Shown here one piece after another: positions 55,608 to 64,000 of a DNA stretch of 64,000 nt. Position numbers and translations under genes: made by a program. The notes under the pieces are model-generated. The model was not told where the DNA came from and searched no databases. It was given only the letters and a program-made list of their open reading frames with translations. Within the stretch, counting starts at the first letter, position 1, and each line of letters opens with the position of its first letter. The DNA is from Thermodesulfobacteriota bacterium (GTDB taxonomy: Bacteria > Desulfobacterota > Desulfobulbia > Desulfobulbales > SURF-16). The DNA lies in contig JBFMAY010000011.1 in the NCBI GenBank assembly GCA_040755455.1, positions 15,341 through 79,340 of the forward strand, read 5' to 3'.

Positions 55608-55681
55608 AAAGCAGTGCTCAAACAGGACACAACAGCCACTACGGCATAATCGCATTTCCGCCATTTTCACATGGGACCACT

Positions 55682-57058
55682 ATGGAAGCCATTGCCTTAA
55701 AAGAGAGAGAAAACCAGATCTACCGCAAGGGGGATACGCCCTTTGAGATTACCTGCAACAAGGACAGTCTGGCCGGGGCGGTGAGCCAGCGGGCCTGTGT
55801 CTTCTGCGGCTCCCGGGTGGTGCTCTATCCCATTGCCGATGCCCTGCATCTGGTGCACGGGCCCATCGGCTGCGCCGTTTACACCTGGGATATCCGCGGC
55901 GCGCTCTCCTCCGGACCTGAGCTGCATCGCCTGAGTTTCTCCACCGACCTGCAGGAGCGGGACGTCATTTTCGGCGGCGAAAAAAAACTCGAAAGAGCCC
56001 TCAATGAACTCATCGACCGGCACAGTCCCAAGGCGGCCTTTGTCTATTCCACCTGCATCGTCGGCATCATCGGCGACGATCTGGAGGCGGTCTGCCGCAA
56101 GGTGACCGAGCAGAAAGGCATCCCGGTCATTCCCGTGCAGTCCGAAGGGTTCAAGGGCAACAAGCGCTCCGGCTACAAGGCGGCCTGCAATGCCATGTTC
56201 CGCCTGATCGGCACCGGCGACACCAGGTGCATTAGCAAGCACAGCATCAATATCCTGGGCGACTTCAATCTGGCCGGCGAGATCTGGATGGTGCGCGACT
56301 ATTTCAACCGCATGGGCATCGAGGTGGTGGCCAACATCACCGGCGACGGCCGCATTGACGACATCCGCCGGGCCCACGGCGCGGCCTTGAATGTCGTGCA
56401 ATGCTCCGGCGCCACCATGGATCTGGCCAACATGATGGAGGAGAAATACGGCACCCCCTCCATCCGGGTCTCCTATTTCGGCATCGAGGACATGTCCGAG
56501 GCCCTCTATGATGTGGCCCGCTTCTTTAAAGACCTGGAGATGATGGCCCGCACCAGGGAACTGATCCAGGCAGAGGTGCGTACGATCCAGCCCGAGCTGC
56601 AGCGCTACAAAAAGGCGCTGACCGGCAAAAAGGCGGCCATCTATGTGGGCGGCTCCTTCAAGGCCTTTTCCCTGGTCAAGGCCTTCCGGCTCATCGGCAT
56701 GGATGTGGTGATGGTGGGCTCCCAGACCGGCTCCAGGGAGGACTATGAGGAGCTGGCCCAGATCACCGATCCGGGCACCATCATTGTCGATGACTCCAAT
56801 CCCCTGGAGCTGACCTCCTTTCTCAAGGAAAAAGAGGTGGATGTCTTTGTCGGCGGGGTTAAGGAGCGGCCCATCGCCTACAAGCTGGGCGTGGGCTTCT
56901 GCGACCACAACCATGAACGCAAGGAGGCCCTGGCCGGCTTTGCCGGCATGCTCAACTTCGCCCGTGAGGTCTATTCGTCGGTGATGAGCCCGGTGTGGAA
57001 ATTCGTGCCGCGCAAGGCAAACGGAAACGATCAAACGTTTAAACGTTTCAGCGCTTGA
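55682..57058 (+). CDS. nifE: nitrogenase FeMo-cofactor biosynthesis scaffold NifE
   Basis: NifD-like fold: RACVFCGSRVVLYPIADALHLVHGPIGCAVYTWD, STCIVGIIGDDL. About 458 aa. The C-terminal 13 aa are encoded by the 8-bp repeat array. Confidence 0.95.
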   Translation: MEAIALKERENQIYRKGDTPFEITCNKDSLAGAVSQRACVFCGSRVVLYPIADALHLVHGPIGCAVYTWDIRGALSSGPELHRLSFSTDLQERDVIFGGEKKLERALNELIDRHSPKAAFVYSTCIVGIIGDDLEAVCRKVTEQKGIPVIPVQSEGFKGNKRSGYKAACNAMFRLIGTGDTRCISKHSINILGDFNLAGEIWMVRDYFNRMGIEVVANITGDGRIDDIRRAHGAALNVVQCSGATMDLANMMEEKYGTPSIRVSYFGIEDMSEALYDVARFFKDLEMMARTRELIQAEVRTIQPELQRYKKALTGKKAAIYVGGSFKAFSLVKAFRLIGMDVVMVGSQTGSREDYEELAQITDPGTIIVDDSNPLELTSFLKEKEVDVFVGGVKERPIAYKLGVGFCDHNHERKEALAGFAGMLNFAREVYSSVMSPVWKFVPRKANGNDQTFKRFSA

Positions 57059-57082
57059 TCGCTTGAACGTTTAAACGCTGGC
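57021..57082. repeat. 8-bp periodic micro-array straddling the nifE stop and the nifE-nifN spacer
   Basis: ACGGAA then ACGATCAA ACGTTTAA ACGTTTCA GCGCTTGA TCGCTTGA ACGTTTAA ACGCTGGC. It shares the 12-mer AACGATCAAACG with the nifH-nifI1 array and contains a GATCAAACG...CGCTTGATC hairpin. Confidence 0.75.
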
Positions 57083-57100
57083 AAAAAAGAGAGAAACCCC

Positions 57101-58456
57101 ATGACTAAAATGCCCAATTACATATCAACGACCAATGCCTGCAAGCTGTGCAAACCCCTGGGCGCCGCCCTGGCCTTTCGTGGCATTGAAGGAAGCGTCC
57201 CATATCTGCACGGCTCGCAGGGCTGCGCTACCTATATGCGGCGCTACATCATCAGCCATTACAACGAACCGATTGACATCGCCTCCTCATCGCTCAGCGA
57301 AAAACACGCGATATACGGCGGAGCGGCCAATCTCAAACTCGGGCTGACCAATGTCACCAAGAAATACCAGCCGCAACTGATCGGCATCGCCACCACCTGC
57401 CTCACCGAGACCATCGGCGATGATGTGCCGATGATCGTCAAGGAATATGAACGGGAAACCGCCGCTACCGCCAGGCCGCTCCTGGTCAATGTCTCCACCC
57501 CGAGCTATGCCGGCACCCACATGGAAGGCTTCCACGCCGCGGTGGCGGCGGTGGTGGACCAGCTCGCTGAACACACTTGCGCCAACGACACCGTCAATCT
57601 GCTGCCCGGTTTCGTCTCGTCGGCTGATTACCGTTACCTGGCCGAGATCATGGCTGATTTCGGCCTCACCGCCACCATACTGCCCGATCTGTCGGCAACG
57701 CTGGACGGCCCGGCCCTGCTCGAATACGAGAAGATCCCAAGCGGCGGCACCCCGCTGGCAAGCATCCGGGACATGGGCGGGGCCAAGGCAAGCATCGAGT
57801 TCGGCCCCACCCTGGGCAGCGGTAAAACCGGCGGCAGCGTGCTGGCCCGGAAATATGGGGTGACCAATCACCGGCTCGGCCTGCCCATGGGCATCACCGA
57901 AACCGACCGCTTTTATGCCTGTCTGGAAACCCTCAGCGCCCGCCCGACCCCGGCAAAGCATATCCAGGAACGGGGCCGGCTGGTGGACGCCTATGTGGAC
58001 GGCCACAAGTATGTGTTCGGCAAAAAGGCCATTATCTACGGGGAAGAGGATCTGGTGGTGGGGCTCACCGCCTGGCTCGCGGAAATAGGAGTCATGCCCA
58101 TCCTGTGCGCCAGCGGCGGCAGAAGCGGCTCATTTGCCGCGGCCATCGCCGCGGTGACCTGCGGCGTGTTGAGCGAGCAGCCCCTGGTCTATGAAGGGAT
58201 GGATTTCTTCGATATCGCCGAGGAGGCCGAGCGGTTGGGGCCGGATCTACTGGTGGGCCACAGCAAGGGCTATCCCCTGGCCCGCAAACTGAACATCCCG
58301 CTCATCCGGGTGGGGTTCCCCATCCATGACCGCATAGGCGGCCAGCGCATCCTCCATCTCGGCTACCGGGGGGCGCAGCAGCTCTTTGACCTGGTGGTCA
58401 ACAGCCTCATCGACAAGAAGCAGGGCGATTCATCCGTCGGCTACAGCTATATGTAA
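57101..58456 (+). CDS. nifN: nitrogenase FeMo-cofactor biosynthesis scaffold NifN
   Basis: NifK-like: CKLCKPLGAALAFRGIEGSVPYLHGSQGCATYMR, TTCLTETIGDD. 451 aa. Confidence 0.9.
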   Translation: MTKMPNYISTTNACKLCKPLGAALAFRGIEGSVPYLHGSQGCATYMRRYIISHYNEPIDIASSSLSEKHAIYGGAANLKLGLTNVTKKYQPQLIGIATTCLTETIGDDVPMIVKEYERETAATARPLLVNVSTPSYAGTHMEGFHAAVAAVVDQLAEHTCANDTVNLLPGFVSSADYRYLAEIMADFGLTATILPDLSATLDGPALLEYEKIPSGGTPLASIRDMGGAKASIEFGPTLGSGKTGGSVLARKYGVTNHRLGLPMGITETDRFYACLETLSARPTPAKHIQERGRLVDAYVDGHKYVFGKKAIIYGEEDLVVGLTAWLAEIGVMPILCASGGRSGSFAAAIAAVTCGVLSEQPLVYEGMDFFDIAEEAERLGPDLLVGHSKGYPLARKLNIPLIRVGFPIHDRIGGQRILHLGYRGAQQLFDLVVNSLIDKKQGDSSVGYSYM

Positions 58457-58524
58457 GCAATCTATTTAGCTGGTTAAAAAAAACATAATTATCAATTTAT
58501 CAATATCCAATTCCGGAGCTTGTC

Positions 58525-59796
58525 ATGAAAAAAGACTACCGTCATCATCCCTGCTTCAACGCCGAGGTCAAAGGCCAGTTCGGCCGGGTGCATCTGCCGG
58601 TTGCCCCGAAGTGCAACATCAAATGCAATTACTGCAACCGGAAATATGACTGCGTCAACGAGTCGCGGCCCGGCGTCACCAGCACCATCCTCACCCCGCA
58701 GCAGGCCCTCACCTATATGGACAGGGTGCTGGAGCGCGAGCCCCGCATAACCGTGGCAGGCATCGCCGGTCCCGGCGACCCGTTTGCCAATGCCGAGGAG
58801 ACCCTGGAAACCATGCGGCTGATCCGGGAAAAATACCCGCACATGATCCTCTGCCTGGCGAGCAACGGCATGAACCTGCCCCCCCACGTGGAGGCCCTGG
58901 CCGAGCTTGACGTCTCCCACGTCACGGTGACGGTGAACGGCGTTGATCCGGAAGTGATCAAAAACGTCTACGGCTGGGTGCGGGACGGCAACGTGGTGTA
59001 CCGCGGCATCCAGGCGGCGGAACTGATCCTGGCACGGCAGCTGCACGCCATTGCCAAGCTCAAGGAGCATGATATCACGGTCAAGATCAACACCATCGCC
59101 ATTCCGGGCATCAACGATCATCATATCGAGGAGGTGGCACAAAAAATGGCGGAGCTGGGGGCCGATCTCTTTAACTGCATGGCCATGTTCCCAAATGTGG
59201 ACACCCCATTTGCCGATATCCCGGAACCGAGCAAGCAGCAGATGGCCACGCTGCGCAACAAGGCGGAGAAATACCTGCCCCAGATGCGGCACTGCACCCG
59301 CTGCCGGGCAGATGCCGTGGGCCTGCTGGGCCACGACAGGAGCGAGGAGATGCACGGCTGCCTCTCAGCCTGTGCCTCCCTGCCCGTCATGCCCAAACAG
59401 GACAGGCCCTTTGTGGCTGTGGCCACCATGGAAGGGGTGCTGGTCAACCAGCATCTGGGCGAGGCCACCCGTTTTCAGATCTGGGAGCAAAAAGAGGACG
59501 GCACCTTTAACATGGTGGAAGAGCGGCCGGCCTCCCAGCCCGGCGGCGGACCGCAGCGCTGGCACAACCTGGCCCGGGCCTTGCGTGACTGCCGCGCCGT
59601 CCTGGTTAATGATCTCGGCGATTCACCCAAGGAGATTCTGGCCAAAATGGGGGTCAAACCGGTGACCATGAGCGGCTTTATCGATATGGGCCTGGAGGCG
59701 GTATACAGCGGCAAGGATCTCAGCAAGCTCAAGGGCCGCCAGCACAAATGCACCTCAAAGGGGGCATGCTCGGGCGGCGGCAACGGCTGCGGCTGA
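58525..59796 (+). CDS. nifB: radical-SAM FeMo-cofactor biosynthesis protein NifB (with a C-terminal NifX-like domain)
   Basis: HHPCFNAEVKGQFGRVHLPVAPKCNIKCNYCNRKYDC (CX3CX2C), the HCTRCRADAVG auxiliary-cluster motif, and a C-terminal NifX-like region FVAVATMEGVLVNQHLGEA. Confidence 0.95.
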   Translation: MKKDYRHHPCFNAEVKGQFGRVHLPVAPKCNIKCNYCNRKYDCVNESRPGVTSTILTPQQALTYMDRVLEREPRITVAGIAGPGDPFANAEETLETMRLIREKYPHMILCLASNGMNLPPHVEALAELDVSHVTVTVNGVDPEVIKNVYGWVRDGNVVYRGIQAAELILARQLHAIAKLKEHDITVKINTIAIPGINDHHIEEVAQKMAELGADLFNCMAMFPNVDTPFADIPEPSKQQMATLRNKAEKYLPQMRHCTRCRADAVGLLGHDRSEEMHGCLSACASLPVMPKQDRPFVAVATMEGVLVNQHLGEATRFQIWEQKEDGTFNMVEERPASQPGGGPQRWHNLARALRDCRAVLVNDLGDSPKEILAKMGVKPVTMSGFIDMGLEAVYSGKDLSKLKGRQHKCTSKGACSGGGNGCG

Positions 59797-59843
59797 TGGC
59801 CGGAAAAATGACTGGAACATGAACAACACAAAGGAGAAGAGCA

Positions 59844-60164
59844 ATGCAGATAGCGATCGTTTCCACGGACGGCAAGCATGTCAATGACCATTTCGGCAAG
59901 GCAAAGCGCTTTCTCATCTATGAGGAGGGCCCGCAGGGGCTCACCCCGATTGCGGAGCGGCAGGTTGCCTGCCTGTCAACCGGCGACAAATCCCACCAGT
60001 TTGATGCGGCGCGTTTTGAGGCCGTGGCCCAGGCCCTGGCAGGGTGCCAGAGGGTTTACTGTACCCGCATCGGCGACCGGCCCGGCCAGGAACTTGAAAA
60101 ACGGGGCATCAAGCCGGTTATTTATGAGGGGGAAATTGCCGCCATCCGCGCGGCTGCTGGCTGA
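59844..60164 (+). CDS. NifX/NifB-C-terminal family dinitrogenase cofactor-binding protein
   Basis: 106 aa. MQIAIVSTDGKHVNDHFGKAKRFLIYEEG is typical of the NifX/NafY-core/DUF134-type family. It follows nifB. Confidence 0.75.
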   Translation: MQIAIVSTDGKHVNDHFGKAKRFLIYEEGPQGLTPIAERQVACLSTGDKSHQFDAARFEAVAQALAGCQRVYCTRIGDRPGQELEKRGIKPVIYEGEIAAIRAAAG

Positions 60165-60206
60165 TGAGCAACACCATGCCCAAAAGCGGGGGAGAGACGG
60201 AGCGCC

Positions 60207-60527
60207 TCAGCCGGATTGCTCGTCATCTTTCTTCTTCAGCACATCCAGGATTTCCTCCATGTTCAGCCAGCTTTCAATTGAACAGGTGAAACCGGCAACA
60301 CCGGCAAATGCATCAAGGCGCTTCTGAATAAATTTCTTTTCTTCAAAAGAGATCTGCTGCTCCGTGAATTTGAAGAAAGAAATGTAGTGGATGTTTCCCT
60401 TCGCATCAATGGAAAAAAAGGGTCCGTGCCTTTTGACCGTTGCCGGCAGCTTGGGAAGCCCGGTGAAAATCTTTATGGTTTCCTTCAAGCTGCTGCGGGG
60501 AAAACTCGCCCTTGCAATCAATATCAT
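60207..60527 (-). CDS. hypothetical protein (106 aa)
   Basis: ORF with alpha/beta-like alternation and an acidic/basic tail (KKKDDEQSG). No recognisable motif. Its coding status is uncertain. Confidence 0.35.
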   Translation of the reverse strand: MILIARASFPRSSLKETIKIFTGLPKLPATVKRHGPFFSIDAKGNIHYISFFKFTEQQISFEEKKFIQKRLDAFAGVAGFTCSIESWLNMEEILDVLKKKDDEQSG

Positions 60528-60701
60528 TTGGGTGCCATGCCGAGGATTGAAAAATTCTACATTCTGGCCGCAAAGCCAACACGCTTGATATAGTTTAACC
60601 CATCGCCATCCTTATTGACAGCGGCATAATGTCACAGTCGCCGGAGCATCCCTCTTCCCCATGGCCCCGCATCCCGGCCGCATTACATGAGCAAGGCCGG
60701 G

Positions 60702-61181
60702 TTATTCAGGCAAAGATGGCGCAGCCCGGTAGACCACCGCCTTGCGCGAACGCTCAACCAGGTCAACGGCAACCGCAACAGGGGAACCCTGCTTGACCTC
60801 CGCCGCCTTCAGCAGCATCGGCAGGTTAACCCCGGCAATAATCACGCCCTGATCGGCGGTAAGGCACTCGCTGGCCACGGTAAAGCCTGTGCCGCCAAGC
60901 AGATCGGCCAAAACAATGATCCCGCCCCCCCTGTCAACCTGCTTTTTCGCTTGCCGGATCTGTTCCCTGATCAACCGCCGGCGTTCGGCAAAGGGCGACG
61001 GACAATTGCTGTCCATGACATGATGCAGTTCACCCATGAAAGGCACTTTGACCGCAACGAAATTGGCCAGCTTTCTGCCCAGAATGTATTCGGCCACCGC
61101 CAGGAGTGACTCCCCGATGTCACCATGGGTGATGATGATAAAAGCAAGCTCTCTTTCCGTTTCCTGGGCAGACATCTGCAT
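60702..61181 (-). CDS. PTS EIIA component, mannose/fructose family (orphan, PTS-Ntr-type)
   Basis: FIIITHGDIGESLLAVAEYILG (phospho-His10 region), IIVLADLLGGTG, IIAGVNLPMLL. Start trimmed to MQMSAQ. Confidence 0.75.
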   Translation of the reverse strand: MQMSAQETERELAFIIITHGDIGESLLAVAEYILGRKLANFVAVKVPFMGELHHVMDSNCPSPFAERRRLIREQIRQAKKQVDRGGGIIVLADLLGGTGFTVASECLTADQGVIIAGVNLPMLLKAAEVKQGSPVAVAVDLVERSRKAVVYRAAPSLPE

Positions 61182-61861
61182 GAAATCATTTCCATTGGGA
61201 ATGGCGGGGGCCTGGGCCACGGCTGCCACCCGGCCGTATTCGTTACAGTGCTCCTGACAGGCCAAACAATATCATACAAATCCCGCATCGACCACTTTTA
61301 CTTGCAGGTCGAAATAATCATAATTTTACCAATGACACTGCCGCGCCGAAAGTGGAGAGTAGAGAGATGCCGGCCAAACAGTCAGGGTTATCCCAGGCAC
61401 ATACCTGAACGGCATTTTTGCCCCCCTGCGGTGCGGTGGGCAAAATAGGCTTTGACCAGTAGAGCGGTTTATGGAATGATAAAGACTGATTCGCCTGCAA
61501 AACCGTTGTAGGGGTAAGACCATGCATCACCAGCTGAACGGACCTGCCGGAATACGCCGCCTTCTCTTTGTTTTCTTTCCCGGATGCTGGCTTGTCGCCA
61601 CATTTCCTGCCCTAACCGGTATTGCCCGGGGACATCTTTTTTATCGCGAACGACTCCTGCAGTGCCAATGGCTGGCCCCTTTTTTCCCGATGAGGATCAG
61701 GCAATGCCCCCCAGGATAATCCAGCAATAAAACGTTCTTTCGGCAACCTCTTTTTATTGCATGGAAATTAAACTGTGAAATTACATAAAAATTGAGTATT
61801 ATTCGCGGCTGTTTTTTGGTTTGCCCCCCAGCAGCTTCCCTTTTATGCATCGATAAAAATT

Positions 61862-64000
61862 ATGAACAGAGCCAATATCCTCATCAGCATTGCCATTGCT
61901 GTCATCTGCATCTGTTTCTGGGCCTTTTTCAACCAGCCGGAAACAGAGCCCCCCTGGCCGGAACGCATCCAGGGGTTTTCTTTTTCACCAATGCGCGAAG
62001 GACAGAGCGCCATCGCGCATGTCCTGCCCTCTGAAGAGGAGATTGACGCCGACCTTGCCCTGCTGGCTGACAAAACCCATGCCGTACGCACCTATACCAT
62101 GGAAGGATCACTGGCACAGATCCCGGTCCTGGCCAGCAAGCATGGGCTCAATGTAACCCTCGGGGCCTGGATCGATGCCAACCCGGAAAAAAACGAGCAG
62201 GAGATCGAGAAGCTCATTGCCGTGGCCCGGGAAAACTATCGCAACGTGGTGCGGGTCATCGTCGGCAACGAGGCCATCCTGCGCGGCGAGATCACTGCCG
62301 AGCAACTCGCCGTCTACCTGGACAGGGTAAGGGAGGCGCTGGATATGCCGGTGGGCACGGCCGAACCCTGGCATGTATGGTTCAACAACAAGGACCTTGC
62401 CAATCACGTCGACTTCGTTGCCGTTCACATGCTGCCCTACTGGGAAGGTGTTGATGTGGAACGGGCGGTTGACTATGTGGTCGATCACGTCAATCTCCTC
62501 AAAGCCTCCTTCCCGGACAAACCGATTATCATCGGCGAGGTTGGCTGGCCCAGCAACGGCCGCACCCGTCATGCGGCTGTTGCCTCTCCCGCCAACGAGG
62601 CCACCTTCCTGCGCCGCTTTCTGGACCGGGCAGTCAAGGAACAGTATGTCTATTACGTGATGGAGGCCTTTGACCAGCCCTGGAAAAAGGTGTCGGAAGG
62701 GGCGGTCGGGGCATACTGGGGGGTGTATGATGTGTACCGGCAGCCCAAATTCGCCTTTTCCGAACCCATTGTTGAAATTCCGGAATGGCGCCTGCTGGCC
62801 GGCATATCCATCGTCATCGCCCTGATCACCTTCTCCTTCCTGCTCATCGACAGCAAGACCCTGAGCAAACGCGGCCGAGGTTTTCTCGCCACCATAGCCT
62901 TTGGCGCGGCCAGCGGGGCGGTGTGGGTTGTCTACAGTTATTTACAGCAGTATCTCAGTCTGACCACCATCCTGGTCGGCCTCCTGATGATTGTCGGCAT
63001 GGTCGGGGTCACGGTGGTGCTGCTGGCCGAGGCCCACGAATGGGCCGAAGCGACCTGGGCGGCGAGCCGGCGCCGCCAGTTCACCCGGATTGAGCTCTCG
63101 GACGACCAGCTGCCCATGGTTTCCGTGCACGTGCCGGCGTACAATGAACCGCCGGACATGCTCAATGAAACGCTGGACGCCCTGGCCAAACTCGACTACC
63201 CCCATTACGAAGTGATCGTCATTGATAACAACACCAAGGATCCTGCCGTCTGGCAACCCGTGGAAGCCCATTGCGCCAAGCTTGGCCCCCGTTTTCGCTT
63301 TTTCCACGTCGATCCGCTGGCCGGTTTCAAGGCCGGGGCCTTGAATTTTGCTCTGGCCCGCACCGCACCCGAGGCGGAGGTGGTGGCGGTCATCGACAGC
63401 GACTATATGGTTGCCCCGAACTGGTTGCGGGATCTCACTCCCCAGTTCAGCAACCCCAAAATCGCCATTGTCCAGGCCCCGCAGGATTATCGCGACGACA
63501 GCGAAAGCCTTTTCAAGGCCATGTGTTATGCCGAGTACCGGGGTTTCTTCTATATCGGCATGGTGACCCGCAATGAGCGTAACGCCATCATCCAGCACGG
63601 CACCATGACCATGGTGCGCAGATCGGTGCTGGATGAAGTGGGAGGCTGGGCGGAGTGGTGCATCACCGAAGACGCCGAACTGGGTCTGAAGATATTCGAG
63701 AAAGGGTATGAGGCCGCCTACAATGCCGACAGCTACGGAAAAGGGGTGATGCCAGACACCTTTATCGACTTCAAAAAGCAGCGCTTCCGCTGGGCTTACG
63801 GCGCGGTGCAGATCATGCGCTATCATTCCAAGGCCCTGTTCGGCGGCAAGACCAGCCTTTCCTTGGGCCAGCGCTACCATTTCATCGCCGGCTGGCTTCC
63901 CTGGATGGCTGACAGCCTCAACCTGCTGTTCACCCTGGCCGCGGTTTACTGGTCTCTGGCCATGGCATTTTTTCCCAAGGTAGTGGACCCGCCGCTGGTG
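61862..64000 (+). CDS. GH17 glucanosyl-hydrolase/transferase domain fused to a processive family-2 glycosyltransferase (NdvB-like beta-1,3-glucan synthase); the 3' end lies outside the window
   Basis: Absent from the ORF track because no stop codon is reached; read by hand as 713 open codons. GH17 motifs: IVGNEAIL and IIGEVGWPSNG. These are followed by TM helices and GT2 motifs: VHVPAYNEPPDM, VIVIDNNT, VIDSDY, TEDAEL, QRFRWAYG. Confidence 0.85.
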   Translation, partial: MNRANILISIAIAVICICFWAFFNQPETEPPWPERIQGFSFSPMREGQSAIAHVLPSEEEIDADLALLADKTHAVRTYTMEGSLAQIPVLASKHGLNVTLGAWIDANPEKNEQEIEKLIAVARENYRNVVRVIVGNEAILRGEITAEQLAVYLDRVREALDMPVGTAEPWHVWFNNKDLANHVDFVAVHMLPYWEGVDVERAVDYVVDHVNLLKASFPDKPIIIGEVGWPSNGRTRHAAVASPANEATFLRRFLDRAVKEQYVYYVMEAFDQPWKKVSEGAVGAYWGVYDVYRQPKFAFSEPIVEIPEWRLLAGISIVIALITFSFLLIDSKTLSKRGRGFLATIAFGAASGAVWVVYSYLQQYLSLTTILVGLLMIVGMVGVTVVLLAEAHEWAEATWAASRRRQFTRIELSDDQLPMVSVHVPAYNEPPDMLNETLDALAKLDYPHYEVIVIDNNTKDPAVWQPVEAHCAKLGPRFRFFHVDPLAGFKAGALNFALARTAPEAEVVAVIDSDYMVAPNWLRDLTPQFSNPKIAIVQAPQDYRDDSESLFKAMCYAEYRGFFYIGMVTRNERNAIIQHGTMTMVRRSVLDEVGGWAEWCITEDAELGLKIFEKGYEAAYNADSYGKGVMPDTFIDFKKQRFRWAYGAVQIMRYHSKALFGGKTSLSLGQRYHFIAGWLPWMADSLNLLFTLAAVYWSLAMAFFPKVVDPPLV

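Noticed and set aside
61290-61861. A search for a c-di-GMP or other riboswitch in the long leader of the glucan synthase gene. A GGGCAAAATAGGC stretch and a TTTTGCCC/GGGCAAAA hairpin lie near 61414-61447.
   Set aside because: I could not match the conserved GEMM-I/II cores (for example the ACGCAAAGC-type segment) from memory. The hairpin has no adjacent U-run. It is left unannotated pending an Infernal scan.

Overview
This is a 64-kb chromosomal segment with dense coding. It is G+C-rich overall, with a few patches that look AT-richer by eye; nothing was computed. The gene content points to an anaerobic, diazotrophic Desulfobacterota/deltaproteobacterium-like organism, but this is inference only because no database search was possible. 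The relevant genes are cytochrome bd, an HgdC/HgdB-type ATP-dependent reductase, heavy sigma-54 usage, and a nifH-nifI1-nifI2-nifDK type nitrogenase.

Gene order, left to right:
- The 3' part of a sigma-54 activator, then a DUF4492-cydAB operon.
- HEAT, CutA-TPR, HDOD and cNMP+PilZ signalling genes.
- tRNA-Leu(CAA) with a truncated P4-type integrase, which looks like an island scar.
- An orphan RelE/ParE-like gene.
- An operon of rhodanese, MauE/DoxX, an ATPase activator and a double-cubane-type reductase.
- A long minus-strand housekeeping block: pgsA, SLT, tal, YHS, folK, dapB, dapA, dapF, lysA, a lipoprotein, argH, argG, argF, argD, argB.
- lptA-lptB-rpoN-ptsN-rapZ.
- An FG-GAP protein with a membrane polyferredoxin.
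- glnK-amtB, a putative porin and a GATase.
- Two unknown genes followed by nifV, a convergent nifA, and then the nif cluster: nifH-nifI1-nifI2-nifD-nifK, a cysteine-less NifB paralogue, a [2Fe-2S] ferredoxin, a frameshifted GNAT and a HEPN-like gene; then an AT-rich insertion with a solitary ATPase-Toprim defence-like gene; then nifE-nifN-nifB and a nifX-like gene.
- An orphan EIIA-Man, and an open-ended GH17-GT2 (NdvB-like) glucan synthase gene that runs off the 3' end and is therefore missing from the ORF track.

Most interesting observations:
- The defence-like OLD/PARIS-type gene splitting the nif cluster.
- The NifB paralogue that has lost all of its cluster cysteines.
- A 436-aa protein with a RelA/SpoT-synthetase-like motif pattern, plus a small membrane protein, packed against nifV.
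- The double-cubane-type reductase operon linked to sulfur-handling genes.
- A family of 8-bp and 9-bp periodic micro-arrays and GTAG-type REP palindromes in the nif and arg intergenic spacers.

All functional calls rest on motif recognition by eye and need HMM or BLAST confirmation.
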